Of a stretch of DNA of 33,490 bases, positions 1-8,571 are shown piece after piece. The number at the start of each line of letters is the position of its first letter. Positions within the stretch are counted from its first letter, which is position 1. The translations under genes were made by a program, and so were the position numbers. The stretch lies in IMG/VR virus record IMGVR_UViG_3300017727_000068, positions 1 through 33,490 of that record, one strand, 5' to 3'. Source of the DNA: a virus. Lineage: Duplodnaviria; Caudoviricetes. The notes under the pieces were generated by a model. The model worked only from the letters and a program-made list of their open reading frames with translations, was not told the origin of the DNA and searched no databases.

Positions 1-234
1 GTAATCTGACACAGAAATAACTGGTTCTTTGATAATCTTTACAGAGTCTCCGAAAGAGGATATTTCACCGGCATAGTCGGTGTTTGTAATAGCTTCAATT
101 ACCGAGGCTTTTCTAAAGAAGTTTAAAACCTTTTTAGAGTAAACCGAAGGTAAGAAGAAACTATTAGTTTGTCCACTTACGGAGTTTGCAAAGTTAGCAT
201 CGGTATCTGTTGAGGGTTCAAAAAATTGAGCCAT
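1..234 (-). CDS. Major capsid protein, 5' part (runs off window)
   Basis: Not in ORF track. ATG at 234 with AGGAGA SD. My translation: MAQFFEPSTDTDANFANSVSGQTNSFFLPSVYSKKVLNFFRKASVIEAITNTDYAGEISSFGDSVKIIKEP. The FLPxxYSKKV and NTDYxGEI..GDSVKI motifs are typical of podoviral MCPs, and it lies directly after the scaffold gene. Confidence 0.88.
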   Translation of the reverse strand, partial: MAQFFEPSTDTDANFANSVSGQTNSFFLPSVYSKKVLNFFRKASVIEAITNTDYAGEISSFGDSVKIIKEPVISVSDY

Positions 235-262
235 GATACTTTCTCCTTTAAGTTAATATAGT

Positions 263-1150
263 TTAATCTGATATAAGCCCGTTCTGCATAGCATCCGATA
301 TTTCACTTTCGTACTTATCAAATTCTTGTACAGACATTGCTTCTATCTCCTTTAAAGACCAGATTTTCTGTTGGTTTGGTTCTATACTTTGTGTTTTAGT
401 AGAGACCATATCTGCAGCAGATTTTCTAGTCGGTTTTTTAGAAGATGACTTTGTCTTTGTAGGAACATCCATACCAATATCACGTTTAAATAAATCTAAA
501 GCACGAGAAGCTAAGTCGGCATCGTCAGAGTTTGAGTATATCCAATCTTGAATAGACTTTGGCTGCTCTTTTGCCCAATCATGGAAATCATCGCTGTTTC
601 TAATATCTTCAAAATCAGGATGTTTGTCCACTAACCTTTTTTCTGCATCAGCTTGTATTAACTCTTGTTCACGTTCTTGGAGTTTACTAAGGCGTTCTTC
701 TAGAACTTTTGCTTTAGACTCCGATTGCATATGTGCAACAGTTTCTACAACCTCATAAACATCAGGATATTGTTCTTTAAATTGTTCAAGTTCTTCTTCA
801 GATTTGGGAGCTGTATATTCAGTTCTATTTTTAGTAGCTTCTTCTATAAGCTCTTGTTCCCTAGATTTAAACTCATTCAATTTAGAATCATAATGTTTTT
901 TTAAATCATCATAACGTTTTTTATAGTTTGGTCTCTTATAAGGAGTATCCTTTGTAGATTCCAATTCCTCTGTATTTACACTTCCTTCTTCACCGACTTC
1001 CATTACGTCATCGCTGTTAAAAAGTTTATTCTGAGGTTCTTCAAAAAACATACTATTTGATGATACAAAAGGTTTATCTTCTTTTCCGTGCCAATCTTTT
1101 TTTTGGTTATAAGGATTTGGCGTTTCCTTTTTTTGGACTTCATTAGTCAT
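263..1150 (-). CDS. Capsid scaffolding/assembly protein
   Basis: Acidic coiled coil with YKKRYDDLKKHY, HPDF..I..S..F..W and C-terminal MSVQEFDK..EI..A...G.I. Immediately upstream of the MCP. Confidence 0.8.
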   Translation of the reverse strand: MTNEVQKKETPNPYNQKKDWHGKEDKPFVSSNSMFFEEPQNKLFNSDDVMEVGEEGSVNTEELESTKDTPYKRPNYKKRYDDLKKHYDSKLNEFKSREQELIEEATKNRTEYTAPKSEEELEQFKEQYPDVYEVVETVAHMQSESKAKVLEERLSKLQEREQELIQADAEKRLVDKHPDFEDIRNSDDFHDWAKEQPKSIQDWIYSNSDDADLASRALDLFKRDIGMDVPTKTKSSSKKPTRKSAADMVSTKTQSIEPNQQKIWSLKEIEAMSVQEFDKYESEISDAMQNGLISD

Positions 1151-1167
1151 TTTCTTTTCTCCTAATC

Positions 1168-1274
1168 AGGGCTTCGTTTAACAAGGTAGCTGCAATGTGC
1201 ACTAGCAGGGCTTGTCTTGTAAAGGTCGCCTTTCGGTTTTTTGTTTGATAGAGTGCCTACGCTAATAGGGTAGC
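1168..1274 (-). promoter_or_regulatory. Three 23-nt stem-loop repeats in scaffold leader (putative RNA operator)
   Basis: Plus-strand AG(G/T)GC(T/C)T-N8-A(A/G)GGT(A/C)GC at 1168-1190, 1207-1229 and 1252-1274, with a compensatory CTT/AAG to CCT/AGG change. Confidence 0.65.
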
Positions 1275-1285
1275 TCTATCCCTAT

Positions 1286-2509
1286 CTAGCTACGAACATA
1301 TCTTGATTGTGTAGATGGGTCCATCATACGTTTTTTAATCTCATCGCCTACTAAGTCTTCATCTTCAGGAACAAAGCCCCTGTCAAGTATTACTGTTTGA
1401 CGTTGAGTATTCGCATCAACTTCTTCTTCTCCACTATCAAGCATTCCACCCATAGCTACTTGTTGTCTTTCTTCTGCTTGAGCTTCAGCTTCTTTCATCA
1501 TTGACATTAAGTTGTCACTTCCGATTTCTTCTACAGCTTTTGCAGTAAAGACAAATTCCCCATCCGATAACCTAGCAGGTATCGAATCGGATACTCCTGA
1601 ACCCGGACCTTCAACAGGACCAGACCCAGCAAATTCTTGAGCTACATCTACTACTTTATCAAATAGCATTGATAGCTCCATATCTTGTTCTAGTTTAGAC
1701 ATTAACATATCTTCTTCTTCATCTGTTAATGCTTCGTTAATTATAAATCCCATGTAATCGTCTTCCATTTGAGTATCTGGAAGTTGCTCTTCCATCATCA
1801 TTCCACCCATTTCTTTCTTTACACGTGTGTTGGAATCTATAGCATCTTGTCTAGCTTGTTCATATTCATTAAGTGTACCATCTTTATCTAAATCTCCTAC
1901 TGGTCCACCTGCATCATAATTTATTTTACCACCATCATATTTCTTTTCTTTGTTTATAAAAGAATCAGAAACTGTGTAGTTTAATCCACTATCTTTAAAT
2001 TGTGTATTTATCATATTTAACAAATCAGTATCTGAACGGTCATCTCCCATTTCCCTTCTAACTTGTTTTAAATCATTTAAAAGTCTTTCTCCTTTTCCAA
2101 AATCTCCTAAAGCTTGTTTAGTTCTTTTAAATAATCCTGAACTTCCAGCATTATAATAATCATCACCTAACTCTTTTAAATATTTTATGTCTTGATTAAT
2201 AAATGAATTATATCTTTTTTCAGCAGTAACATCAACATACTCTCCTTCATTGTACATTATTCTACTACCACGATACATTCTAGATTCATCTTCTAAAAGA
2301 CTTTTAGGTTTTTTTGGTAAACGTTCAATAGACATAGGCTTTTGCTTTTTAACTTTCTTTGGCATTTTAGCAATTTTTATTTTTTTAGGTGGTTTAGGGT
2401 CAGGTTCTCTATGGTCTTTAACTCTACGACCTCTATAGCCTCCACTAGCACCACCTCTTTGTTGACTTTTTGTTTTTGCTTTGTTTTTTAATTTTCTAAA
2501 AATTCCCAT
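1286..2509 (-). CDS. Putative virion-associated protein (basic N-terminus, xxGG motifs, GPGSGVSDSIPARLSDGEFV domain)
   Basis: 407 aa between portal and scaffold. Carries the GPG.G.SDSIPA.LS.GEFV motif familiar from phage virion/tape-measure proteins. Confidence 0.6.
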   Translation of the reverse strand: MGIFRKLKNKAKTKSQQRGGASGGYRGRRVKDHREPDPKPPKKIKIAKMPKKVKKQKPMSIERLPKKPKSLLEDESRMYRGSRIMYNEGEYVDVTAEKRYNSFINQDIKYLKELGDDYYNAGSSGLFKRTKQALGDFGKGERLLNDLKQVRREMGDDRSDTDLLNMINTQFKDSGLNYTVSDSFINKEKKYDGGKINYDAGGPVGDLDKDGTLNEYEQARQDAIDSNTRVKKEMGGMMMEEQLPDTQMEDDYMGFIINEALTDEEEDMLMSKLEQDMELSMLFDKVVDVAQEFAGSGPVEGPGSGVSDSIPARLSDGEFVFTAKAVEEIGSDNLMSMMKEAEAQAEERQQVAMGGMLDSGEEEVDANTQRQTVILDRGFVPEDEDLVGDEIKKRMMDPSTQSRYVRS

Positions 2510-2742
2510 TAGATGTCCTCTTCTTTCCTTAATAATGCTTCTTTAACTTGCAAGTCCAGTTGCTCCAACCGAACCAGAAAATTCACTTTCCCCTGCAACC
2601 GGTACATTTCCTGTTCCGATGTTGCCACCACCAGTCCCTGTAACTCCAAGGTCTTGAGGTTGTTCAGGTGCTCCTTGAAGGCTTCCCATTGGGGGCTGTT
2701 GACCAGAGGGTTGAGCTTCTTCGCCATTTGTTTGTCCAGCAT
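2509..2742 (-). CDS. Small conserved phage protein downstream of portal
   Basis: 77 aa with W..F..HL and E..MYRLQGK pattern. Its stop overlaps the next ATG at 2509, and it overlaps the portal 3' end. Confidence 0.65.
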   Translation of the reverse strand: MLDKQMAKKLNPLVNSPQWEAFKEHLNNLKTLELQGLVVATSEQEMYRLQGKVNFLVRLEQLDLQVKEALLRKEEDI

Positions 2743-4744
2743 TTTGCATTCCTATTATTTGTGCCATGATAGCTGCTTCTTCAGGGTCATTGAGTATTTC
2801 ATCAGGGTCTAAATCTAAGCTATAAGCAAGTTCACTAACCAATTTAGAAATTTTAACAAACGGAGCAATAGCAGGACTTTGTGCAGTTTGCAAGAATGTA
2901 GTCAGTCTTTGACTTCTTACTTCTTTCTGCATCAAGCTATTTGTTCCAGTAGCTCTAACTTCTAAATCACCTTTAACATCCAAATCATCTTCTAAGAATT
3001 GCATGTTCCATTGGAAATAAGCTTCTCCTAATGGTTTTAATAAAAAGTCATCAAGGTTCTTAACGACTGTTTTAATATTTAAACTAGCTGCTCCAAGCAA
3101 CATAGACATACCAGAAGCAGTCCTTGTCATACTTTGAACACCTGTCTGTCCGTGTGAGTAACTAGGTATTCCTGTTTGCTCATCTGCAAGTTGTCTAAAC
3201 TTGTCGAACATCATTAAATTTTCTTGTGCTGTATTAGGAAACTTTAATCCATGTATTGCTTGTCCCGGCATTCCAGCTTGTCTACGGAATATTTTTCCGG
3301 GATATATTTCCATTGATTGTCCACCAACTAAAGCAGACTCATCTACATCAAATACTAAAGAACCAGCCATTGCTAAATTATCAATAGCCATTCTTGCATG
3401 ACCATTCATAATCTGTTGACTGTCATCCATATTTTCTGCTATACCAATACCAAAAAAGTTATATGGATTTCTTTCATAAGGGAAAGAATGATAAGGTATT
3501 CTGTAAGGTGTAAATGGATTAACAACTGCTCTTAATAGATAGTGTCCACATGTCCATACATTTACTTGTACTTCATCTAAGTCATCAATTTCATCTGCAA
3601 GTTCTATACCAACTTCACGTGCATATTCTGCATCCATGATTCCCCAGTATTCAAGAACTTCAAAGTTAGAACTATATTCTTCATCAGCTCTAACGTCATC
3701 TTTTAATTGACTTTCAAAATCTTTTTCTACGTAGTTTGCACCCATCTGGATAGCATTACGTATTGCATCTTCATCAAAGTAAGGCATGTTACGTAGCTGC
3801 CTTAATTGACTTCTGTTCATTTTATGCCTATGGATAACGTATTCACATTCTTCCATATTAGTAGCATTAGGGTCAGGGTAAAAATCCCAACAACTAACAA
3901 ACTCAATTCTTGGTACTCTGACTTCTAGTGGGTTGTAATTTCTACTTCCGTCTTCGTCTGTGTCCCACTTGTGCAGTTTTTTATTAAAGTTAAATGGTCC
4001 TTTTACAATCCCTGTACCTAGTAAAGAAGATTCTAAAAGAGCATTTCTAATTTCAGAAGAACCATTTGATTCTTCAATTTGGTCATGGATTAATTTTTCC
4101 ATTCTCCTTGCAGCTCTTTGTGCAGGAGATACTTCAATAGCTTGTGGGTCAGGACTAACTCCATCAGTTAGTATTCCAGCTTCTTCAGCTTTATCTTCTA
4201 AGCTATCTTCAAAAATTCCATTGTAAAACGAAGCTCCCGGTTTTAAAGTTTTACCATCTCCTTCATAACCAACATCGTAAGGACTTTGATAATCTACAGA
4301 GTTTCCATTTACTTCTTCAGGTTCAGATGTTTCTAAACTTGGAGTAGGATTATTAATATCTAAATGAGCAAAATCGGTTTCGCCTTCTGGTATTTTGGTT
4401 TCTTGAACACCAATAGGAAATTTACCAGTTCCGAATATAACATCTACTAATTGACCAAATGCTGCTAGTACTTTTGTTTTGGTAATCTTTACAAAGATAC
4501 GAGACTTTTCTGATTCTCTAAACTTTATAGATTTACTATACAAGCCTCTATAATTTTCATAAGCTTGTAACCATCGTCTTTCATCAGTCTGCCTAGCATC
4601 TTCAGCTTGGGCATACCGACCTTTAATAATACCAATTAGATTTCTTTGCTGGTCTTCTTCTAAACTAAGTTTAACTCCAGACTCGCCTTCTACTTCTTCA
4701 TAAATAGAATCAGCATTCAGAAATGTATTATCTTTTTCTACCAT
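2543..4744 (-). CDS. Portal (head-tail connector) protein
   Basis: 733 aa directly after TerL. LLGTGIVKGP, VSCWDFYPDP, NPYNFFGIG and RTASGMSML motifs, with a low-complexity Q/G/P tail. Confidence 0.88.
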   Translation of the reverse strand: MVEKDNTFLNADSIYEEVEGESGVKLSLEEDQQRNLIGIIKGRYAQAEDARQTDERRWLQAYENYRGLYSKSIKFRESEKSRIFVKITKTKVLAAFGQLVDVIFGTGKFPIGVQETKIPEGETDFAHLDINNPTPSLETSEPEEVNGNSVDYQSPYDVGYEGDGKTLKPGASFYNGIFEDSLEDKAEEAGILTDGVSPDPQAIEVSPAQRAARRMEKLIHDQIEESNGSSEIRNALLESSLLGTGIVKGPFNFNKKLHKWDTDEDGSRNYNPLEVRVPRIEFVSCWDFYPDPNATNMEECEYVIHRHKMNRSQLRQLRNMPYFDEDAIRNAIQMGANYVEKDFESQLKDDVRADEEYSSNFEVLEYWGIMDAEYAREVGIELADEIDDLDEVQVNVWTCGHYLLRAVVNPFTPYRIPYHSFPYERNPYNFFGIGIAENMDDSQQIMNGHARMAIDNLAMAGSLVFDVDESALVGGQSMEIYPGKIFRRQAGMPGQAIHGLKFPNTAQENLMMFDKFRQLADEQTGIPSYSHGQTGVQSMTRTASGMSMLLGAASLNIKTVVKNLDDFLLKPLGEAYFQWNMQFLEDDLDVKGDLEVRATGTNSLMQKEVRSQRLTTFLQTAQSPAIAPFVKISKLVSELAYSLDLDPDEILNDPEEAAIMAQIIGMQNAGQTNGEEAQPSGQQPPMGSLQGAPEQPQDLGVTGTGGGNIGTGNVPVAGESEFSGSVGATGLAS

Positions 4745-4747
4745 ACT

Positions 4748-6397
4748 TTAATATCCAAATGTAGAATCAGAAGGTCTATACAATTCTCTCTTCAATCCTC
4801 TGATTCTTTCTAATGGGCTTTCCATTCTTGGTCTACTCATTATCATATAACGTAACGCATCGTATGCGTGGTCCGAAGCATGTGTATCCACATCTTCAGG
4901 ATTCGTTTTAGAAAGAGGGATAGATTGTAACTCTCTTATTAAGTTCGGACATGTATTAAATATCTGTAACTTAGGTCTACCGTTCTCTCTAACCTTTAAA
5001 TACTCGTGTATTTGTATTTTACCTTGTATTCTATTTTTATCAGCTCGTCTTAATTTATGACCAGCCTTTATCAAAGCTTCTCCTACAGTTGGACCAGTCG
5101 TACCTGTTCTTGCCCATGCTGCAGTATCCAATACACCATTCACAGAAAATGGGTCTTCCATTTCCATATCTGTTATTATACTACCTAATTCCTCACCTGT
5201 CAAGCCTTTTTTGTATAATTCTCTATAAATTATTAAAGTTCCGTCATTTATATCCAATATTCCCCATAAACAACAGCTTTCTGCAGCATATCCATAGTCA
5301 ACTGCTTTTATTCTTTCCCAGTTAATTGGTAGTTCAAATGGTGTAATAACGTGTGCATTAGGGTCAAATTCTACAAATGCAGCTCCTTCAGCTACATCCC
5401 AGTTACCTTCAAGTAGTTGTCTACGCTGTATAGGTGGTAATGATTTAAGCATTTGCTCATACACACCATCTTCAGATAAGTAAGGGTTGTCTGCTAATTT
5501 AGCTGGTATAAACTTTCTACTAAGACCGTCTTTACCTTCAAAGCTTGTGTAATGTTCTGCAGGTTCTATATATCTTTTCTTTACCCATTGTGAACCAACA
5601 CCACCGGGGTTAGCAGTACATCGTAAGTATGTTTGTATTTCAGGGTCTGTTGTTCTTAAACGTGAAGCAAGATAGTTCCAACTAAACTCTGTAGGTAAAT
5701 GTGTTATCTCATCAAAGCCTATCCAGCTATATGCTTGTCCTTGGTATCTATAAACATCAGCATCTCTTTCAAGGAATCCAAACTCTACTTTTGCACCGGA
5801 TGGAAAGTTCCATAGTTTTTCTACTTCTCTAAACTTAGCACCGGGAAAAGCTTGTGGATATAACTCACGAGACTTATCAATCATCTCACGAAGTTCTGGC
5901 ATAGACCTTCTAAGTATTAAAGCACGATGAGCTTTCTTGTGTGCATAACGTAAAGGGTCTACTAACATAGCATATGATTTACCACCACCTGCAGCTCCAC
6001 CATACAATACATCTTTCTCACCAGCAGCAAGGAAGTCTGTTTGTGGACCTTCGTTAGCGTGAAATAATACGTTATGATTGTCTAACTGTTCTTTAACAGC
6101 TTGAGGAAGAGTGTCTAAGTCTTCAGGACTAACTACTCCTTCTTTAGTATTATCTAATTTTTGAAGAGTATCTTTTTGTTTTTTAAAAGATTTCTTAGCA
6201 TTCTGTAGCTTCTCTTCAAGTTTCTGAATGTTTTTTTGTTTACGAGTAATTGTTTTACGGGCTACAGCTTCTGCATCCTTTTTAGGTCTACCACCTTTCT
6301 TACGTGGTGTACCATCTTTATTCTTTACAAAATTGCCTTCGCTATCTTGTACGTAAAGATGAGGATTAACTTCCCAGTCTTTCGCTTCGTAATCCAT
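4748..6397 (-). CDS. terL: Terminase large subunit
   Basis: Walker A YGGAAGGGKS, Walker B WIGFDE, motif III TANPGG, nuclease acidic residues AVDYG and DHAYDALRY. Confidence 0.95.
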   Translation of the reverse strand: MDYEAKDWEVNPHLYVQDSEGNFVKNKDGTPRKKGGRPKKDAEAVARKTITRKQKNIQKLEEKLQNAKKSFKKQKDTLQKLDNTKEGVVSPEDLDTLPQAVKEQLDNHNVLFHANEGPQTDFLAAGEKDVLYGGAAGGGKSYAMLVDPLRYAHKKAHRALILRRSMPELREMIDKSRELYPQAFPGAKFREVEKLWNFPSGAKVEFGFLERDADVYRYQGQAYSWIGFDEITHLPTEFSWNYLASRLRTTDPEIQTYLRCTANPGGVGSQWVKKRYIEPAEHYTSFEGKDGLSRKFIPAKLADNPYLSEDGVYEQMLKSLPPIQRRQLLEGNWDVAEGAAFVEFDPNAHVITPFELPINWERIKAVDYGYAAESCCLWGILDINDGTLIIYRELYKKGLTGEELGSIITDMEMEDPFSVNGVLDTAAWARTGTTGPTVGEALIKAGHKLRRADKNRIQGKIQIHEYLKVRENGRPKLQIFNTCPNLIRELQSIPLSKTNPEDVDTHASDHAYDALRYMIMSRPRMESPLERIRGLKRELYRPSDSTFGY

Positions 6398-6632
6398 ATT
6401 TTTTATCTACGTGTTTCTTTAATCCGGGACTAGAAATTCTTCTACCTGTTTTATATTCTAACCAATCACATGCAGCTTGTAATGATACTTCTTCGTTCAC
6501 TACCATATTCTCAGCTACTTGTAGTGCATCTAGTTCTTCTTCTACAGGTTTTAAATAAGTACTTGATTCATCTACTAACTCGTAACCAAATGGTATTGTT
6601 GATGAGGTACGTCTAATATATTCATTTGTCAT
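6366..6632 (-). CDS. Small putative DNA-binding protein (IPFGY motif plus HTH-like segment)
   Basis: Likely start MTNEY at 6632, overlapping the upstream stop region. IPFGY...SLQAACDWL...ISSPGL resembles recombinase-type DNA-binding domains. Confidence 0.55.
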   Translation of the reverse strand: MTNEYIRRTSSTIPFGYELVDESSTYLKPVEEELDALQVAENMVVNEEVSLQAACDWLEYKTGRRISSPGLKKHVDKKYGLRSERLGS

Positions 6633-6813
6633 GCTGTTCTCTACGTCTAAGTTCATTTTGAATTTTTTGTTTTAACTTAGGTTTTAAATGTTGAGACTCT
6701 AATTCCTTTAATAAATCGTCTTTACTTGTATTCTTAATATAGTAATGCTCTACTGTATTTACTCCAGTTTTCCTGTCGTGCTTTTTAACTGAAGGTTTAA
6801 ATTTAATTGGCAT
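6622..6813 (-). CDS. Hypothetical basic protein
   Basis: 63 aa, abuts the upstream stop, tightly packed in the operon. Confidence 0.6.
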   Translation of the reverse strand: MPIKFKPSVKKHDRKTGVNTVEHYYIKNTSKDDLLKELESQHLKPKLKQKIQNELRRREQHDK

Positions 6814-7056
6814 TTACTTTTTTTGTGTTGTATTCTTCTTCTTTGTCTTTGTTGATTTTGTAGTTGTTTTTTGAACCTTTGCTTCATTATTAATAAACTT
6901 CCTTACAATTTTATTAATTCTAGTTTGTTTCATAAATTTGTGAAAATGCTGGACCTTCTGAGAACACCACGTTTTACACACTTTAAGTTTCTCAGAAAGC
7001 CTCTTACGCACACTTAGAAACCAATCAGCCACTAAGTTAATCTTTTGTTTTCTCAT
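6814..7056 (-). CDS. Hypothetical Lys-rich protein
   Basis: Likely start MRKQK at 7056 after GGGAG. The longer ORF-track start would overlap the neighbouring gene extensively. Confidence 0.5.
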   Translation of the reverse strand: MRKQKINLVADWFLSVRKRLSEKLKVCKTWCSQKVQHFHKFMKQTRINKIVRKFINNEAKVQKTTTKSTKTKKKNTTQKK

Positions 7057-7219
7057 TTTTATCTCCCGATTTTTTACCAAAAATCTTATCGAAATTATCT
7101 CTATACTGTTGAGTATACACTCCGGGTCTAGGATTTGCTCCTTTACCACCATCGCTTTTACCATAAATACTTTGTCTAAAAGTAAAAGGTTTATCGTCTG
7201 TGCCTATTTGTTTACTCAT
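7037..7219 (-). CDS. Small conserved phage protein (GKG..PRP...YRDNFDKIF)
   Basis: Start MSKQ at 7219 overlaps the iscU end. I recognise the motif from small phage proteins. Confidence 0.6.
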   Translation of the reverse strand: MSKQIGTDDKPFTFRQSIYGKSDGGKGANPRPGVYTQQYRDNFDKIFGKKSGDKNEKTKD

Positions 7220-7637
7220 CTGTATAATAATTATGTTGTCGTCTTGCAAGTTTTTGTTCCCAATCTTCTATAGCTTTAGAAATACTATCTTCTGCTAACA
7301 CACTACAATGTAGTTTGATTGGTGGTAACTCTAAAGCTTCTGCAATATCTTTATCTTTGATAAGCTTTGCTTCTTCTATAGTTTTACCTTTTAACATATC
7401 CACGAATAGAGTTGAGGATGCAATAGCACTTCCACAACCGTAGGTTTTAAACTTAACATCTTCTATAACGTCTTCGTTTAGTTTAAGTTGTAACTTCATA
7501 ACATCTCCACATGCAGGTGCTCCTGTCATGCCTGTAGCAACGTTAGGGTCTTTAGGGTCAAACCTTCCAACAGCATGTGCTTCTGGATTGTTTAAAACAC
7601 TTTCAAACCTATCTACTACTTTTTGAGAGTATGCCAT
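7212..7637 (-). CDS. iscU: Fe-S cluster assembly scaffold IscU (auxiliary metabolic gene)
   Basis: MAYS start, GAPACGDVMKLQ, FKTYGCGSAIASS and LELPPIKLHCSVLAED. All three Cys, the Asp, the His and an LPPVK-like HscA motif are present. Confidence 0.96.
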   Translation of the reverse strand: MAYSQKVVDRFESVLNNPEAHAVGRFDPKDPNVATGMTGAPACGDVMKLQLKLNEDVIEDVKFKTYGCGSAIASSTLFVDMLKGKTIEEAKLIKDKDIAEALELPPIKLHCSVLAEDSISKAIEDWEQKLARRQHNYYTDE

Positions 7638-7928
7638 CTACCACTTCACCTTGTCAGCCCAATAAGCTGCTGACATTTTACCTCGTTTAATGTTCTTCGC
7701 ATGACGAGCTTTAAAAGATTTGCGTTTTGCTTTCATACGAGCAGATTCACCTGACTTAGGTTTACCTGCAGTCTTAGCTCCTTTCTGACCAAACCTAATG
7801 GTTTTAACTTTATCTCCCTCTTTAGCTACGACAATGTGCGATTTAGTTTTGTGATTCGGAGTACGCTTGGGTTTGTTATAACCACTAACTCCTGCTCGTT
7901 CTAATCTTGAATCTTTTTTCTTTGCCAT
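7638..7928 (-). CDS. Small highly basic phage protein
   Basis: K/R-rich with KTIRFGQ.G, RKSFKARH and SAAYWADKVKW. A family common in marine phages. Confidence 0.75.
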   Translation of the reverse strand: MAKKKDSRLERAGVSGYNKPKRTPNHKTKSHIVVAKEGDKVKTIRFGQKGAKTAGKPKSGESARMKAKRKSFKARHAKNIKRGKMSAAYWADKVKW

Positions 7929-8170
7929 TATCTTTTCTTTCCTTTGTGTAAACCATGTTTAGCATGTTGTTTACCTTTTTTAGTAGCTGCTCTTTTCTTT
8001 TTATTAGCTGCTGCAAGTTTTTTACGACCTGCTGCAGTAGACTTTAACTTCTTTATAGTCTTTGCAGGTGCATAAACTTCTCCAGTTTCTGAAGATTTCT
8101 TACCACTTGCAGTTGTCCATTTCTGTTTAGTCCACTTCTTTAAAGACTTTTGAGATTTTTTAAGTGCCAT
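7928..8170 (-). CDS. Small basic protein, DUF5872-like (QKSLKKWTKQKW)
   Basis: Motif recall, with TAATG-type coupling on both sides. Confidence 0.65.
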   Translation of the reverse strand: MALKKSQKSLKKWTKQKWTTASGKKSSETGEVYAPAKTIKKLKSTAAGRKKLAAANKKKRAATKKGKQHAKHGLHKGKKR

Positions 8171-8364
8171 TACTTGTAACCTCCACCGGCAGCCTTGTAC
8201 TGTTTAGCTAACATCTGAGCTTTACGAGCACTCCATTGTCCGGACTTACCACCTTTACTACCAGCTTTTATCTTATTAAAAAGTCTTTTACGCATAGTAG
8301 GCTTAGTATAGTTACCTGCTTTATTTACGGTTGACTTCTTTTTAGTTGTTGTTTTCTTTGGCAT
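8170..8364 (-). CDS. Small basic protein (GGKSGQWSARKAQ...GGGY)
   Basis: Start MPKK at 8364, just after the upstream stop. Conserved YTKP..R and GG..GQWSARKAQ motif. Confidence 0.7.
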   Translation of the reverse strand: MPKKTTTKKKSTVNKAGNYTKPTMRKRLFNKIKAGSKGGKSGQWSARKAQMLAKQYKAAGGGYK

Positions 8365-8365
8365 A

Positions 8366-8566
8366 TTAGTGTATAGTCTCCTCAAAAGAAAGCTCAGTAT
8401 AGTGAGAATTACCAGAGTTATCAACTACTATTGTATCTAACTCACCAACTAGCTCTAATCCATTCTGTTCTGCAGCTATGGCTGCTGTATCCATGTTTTC
8501 AGCAATAATGTTAGGACCGGCATATGTTTTACCATGCATAGTTAATTCAGTTAAAAATACTTTCAT
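8366..8566 (-). CDS. Hypothetical protein
   Basis: 66 aa, packed between terS and the basic-protein genes. Confidence 0.6.
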   Translation of the reverse strand: MKVFLTELTMHGKTYAGPNIIAENMDTAAIAAEQNGLELVGELDTIVVDNSGNSHYTELSFEETIH

Positions 8567-8571
8567 GTTAT

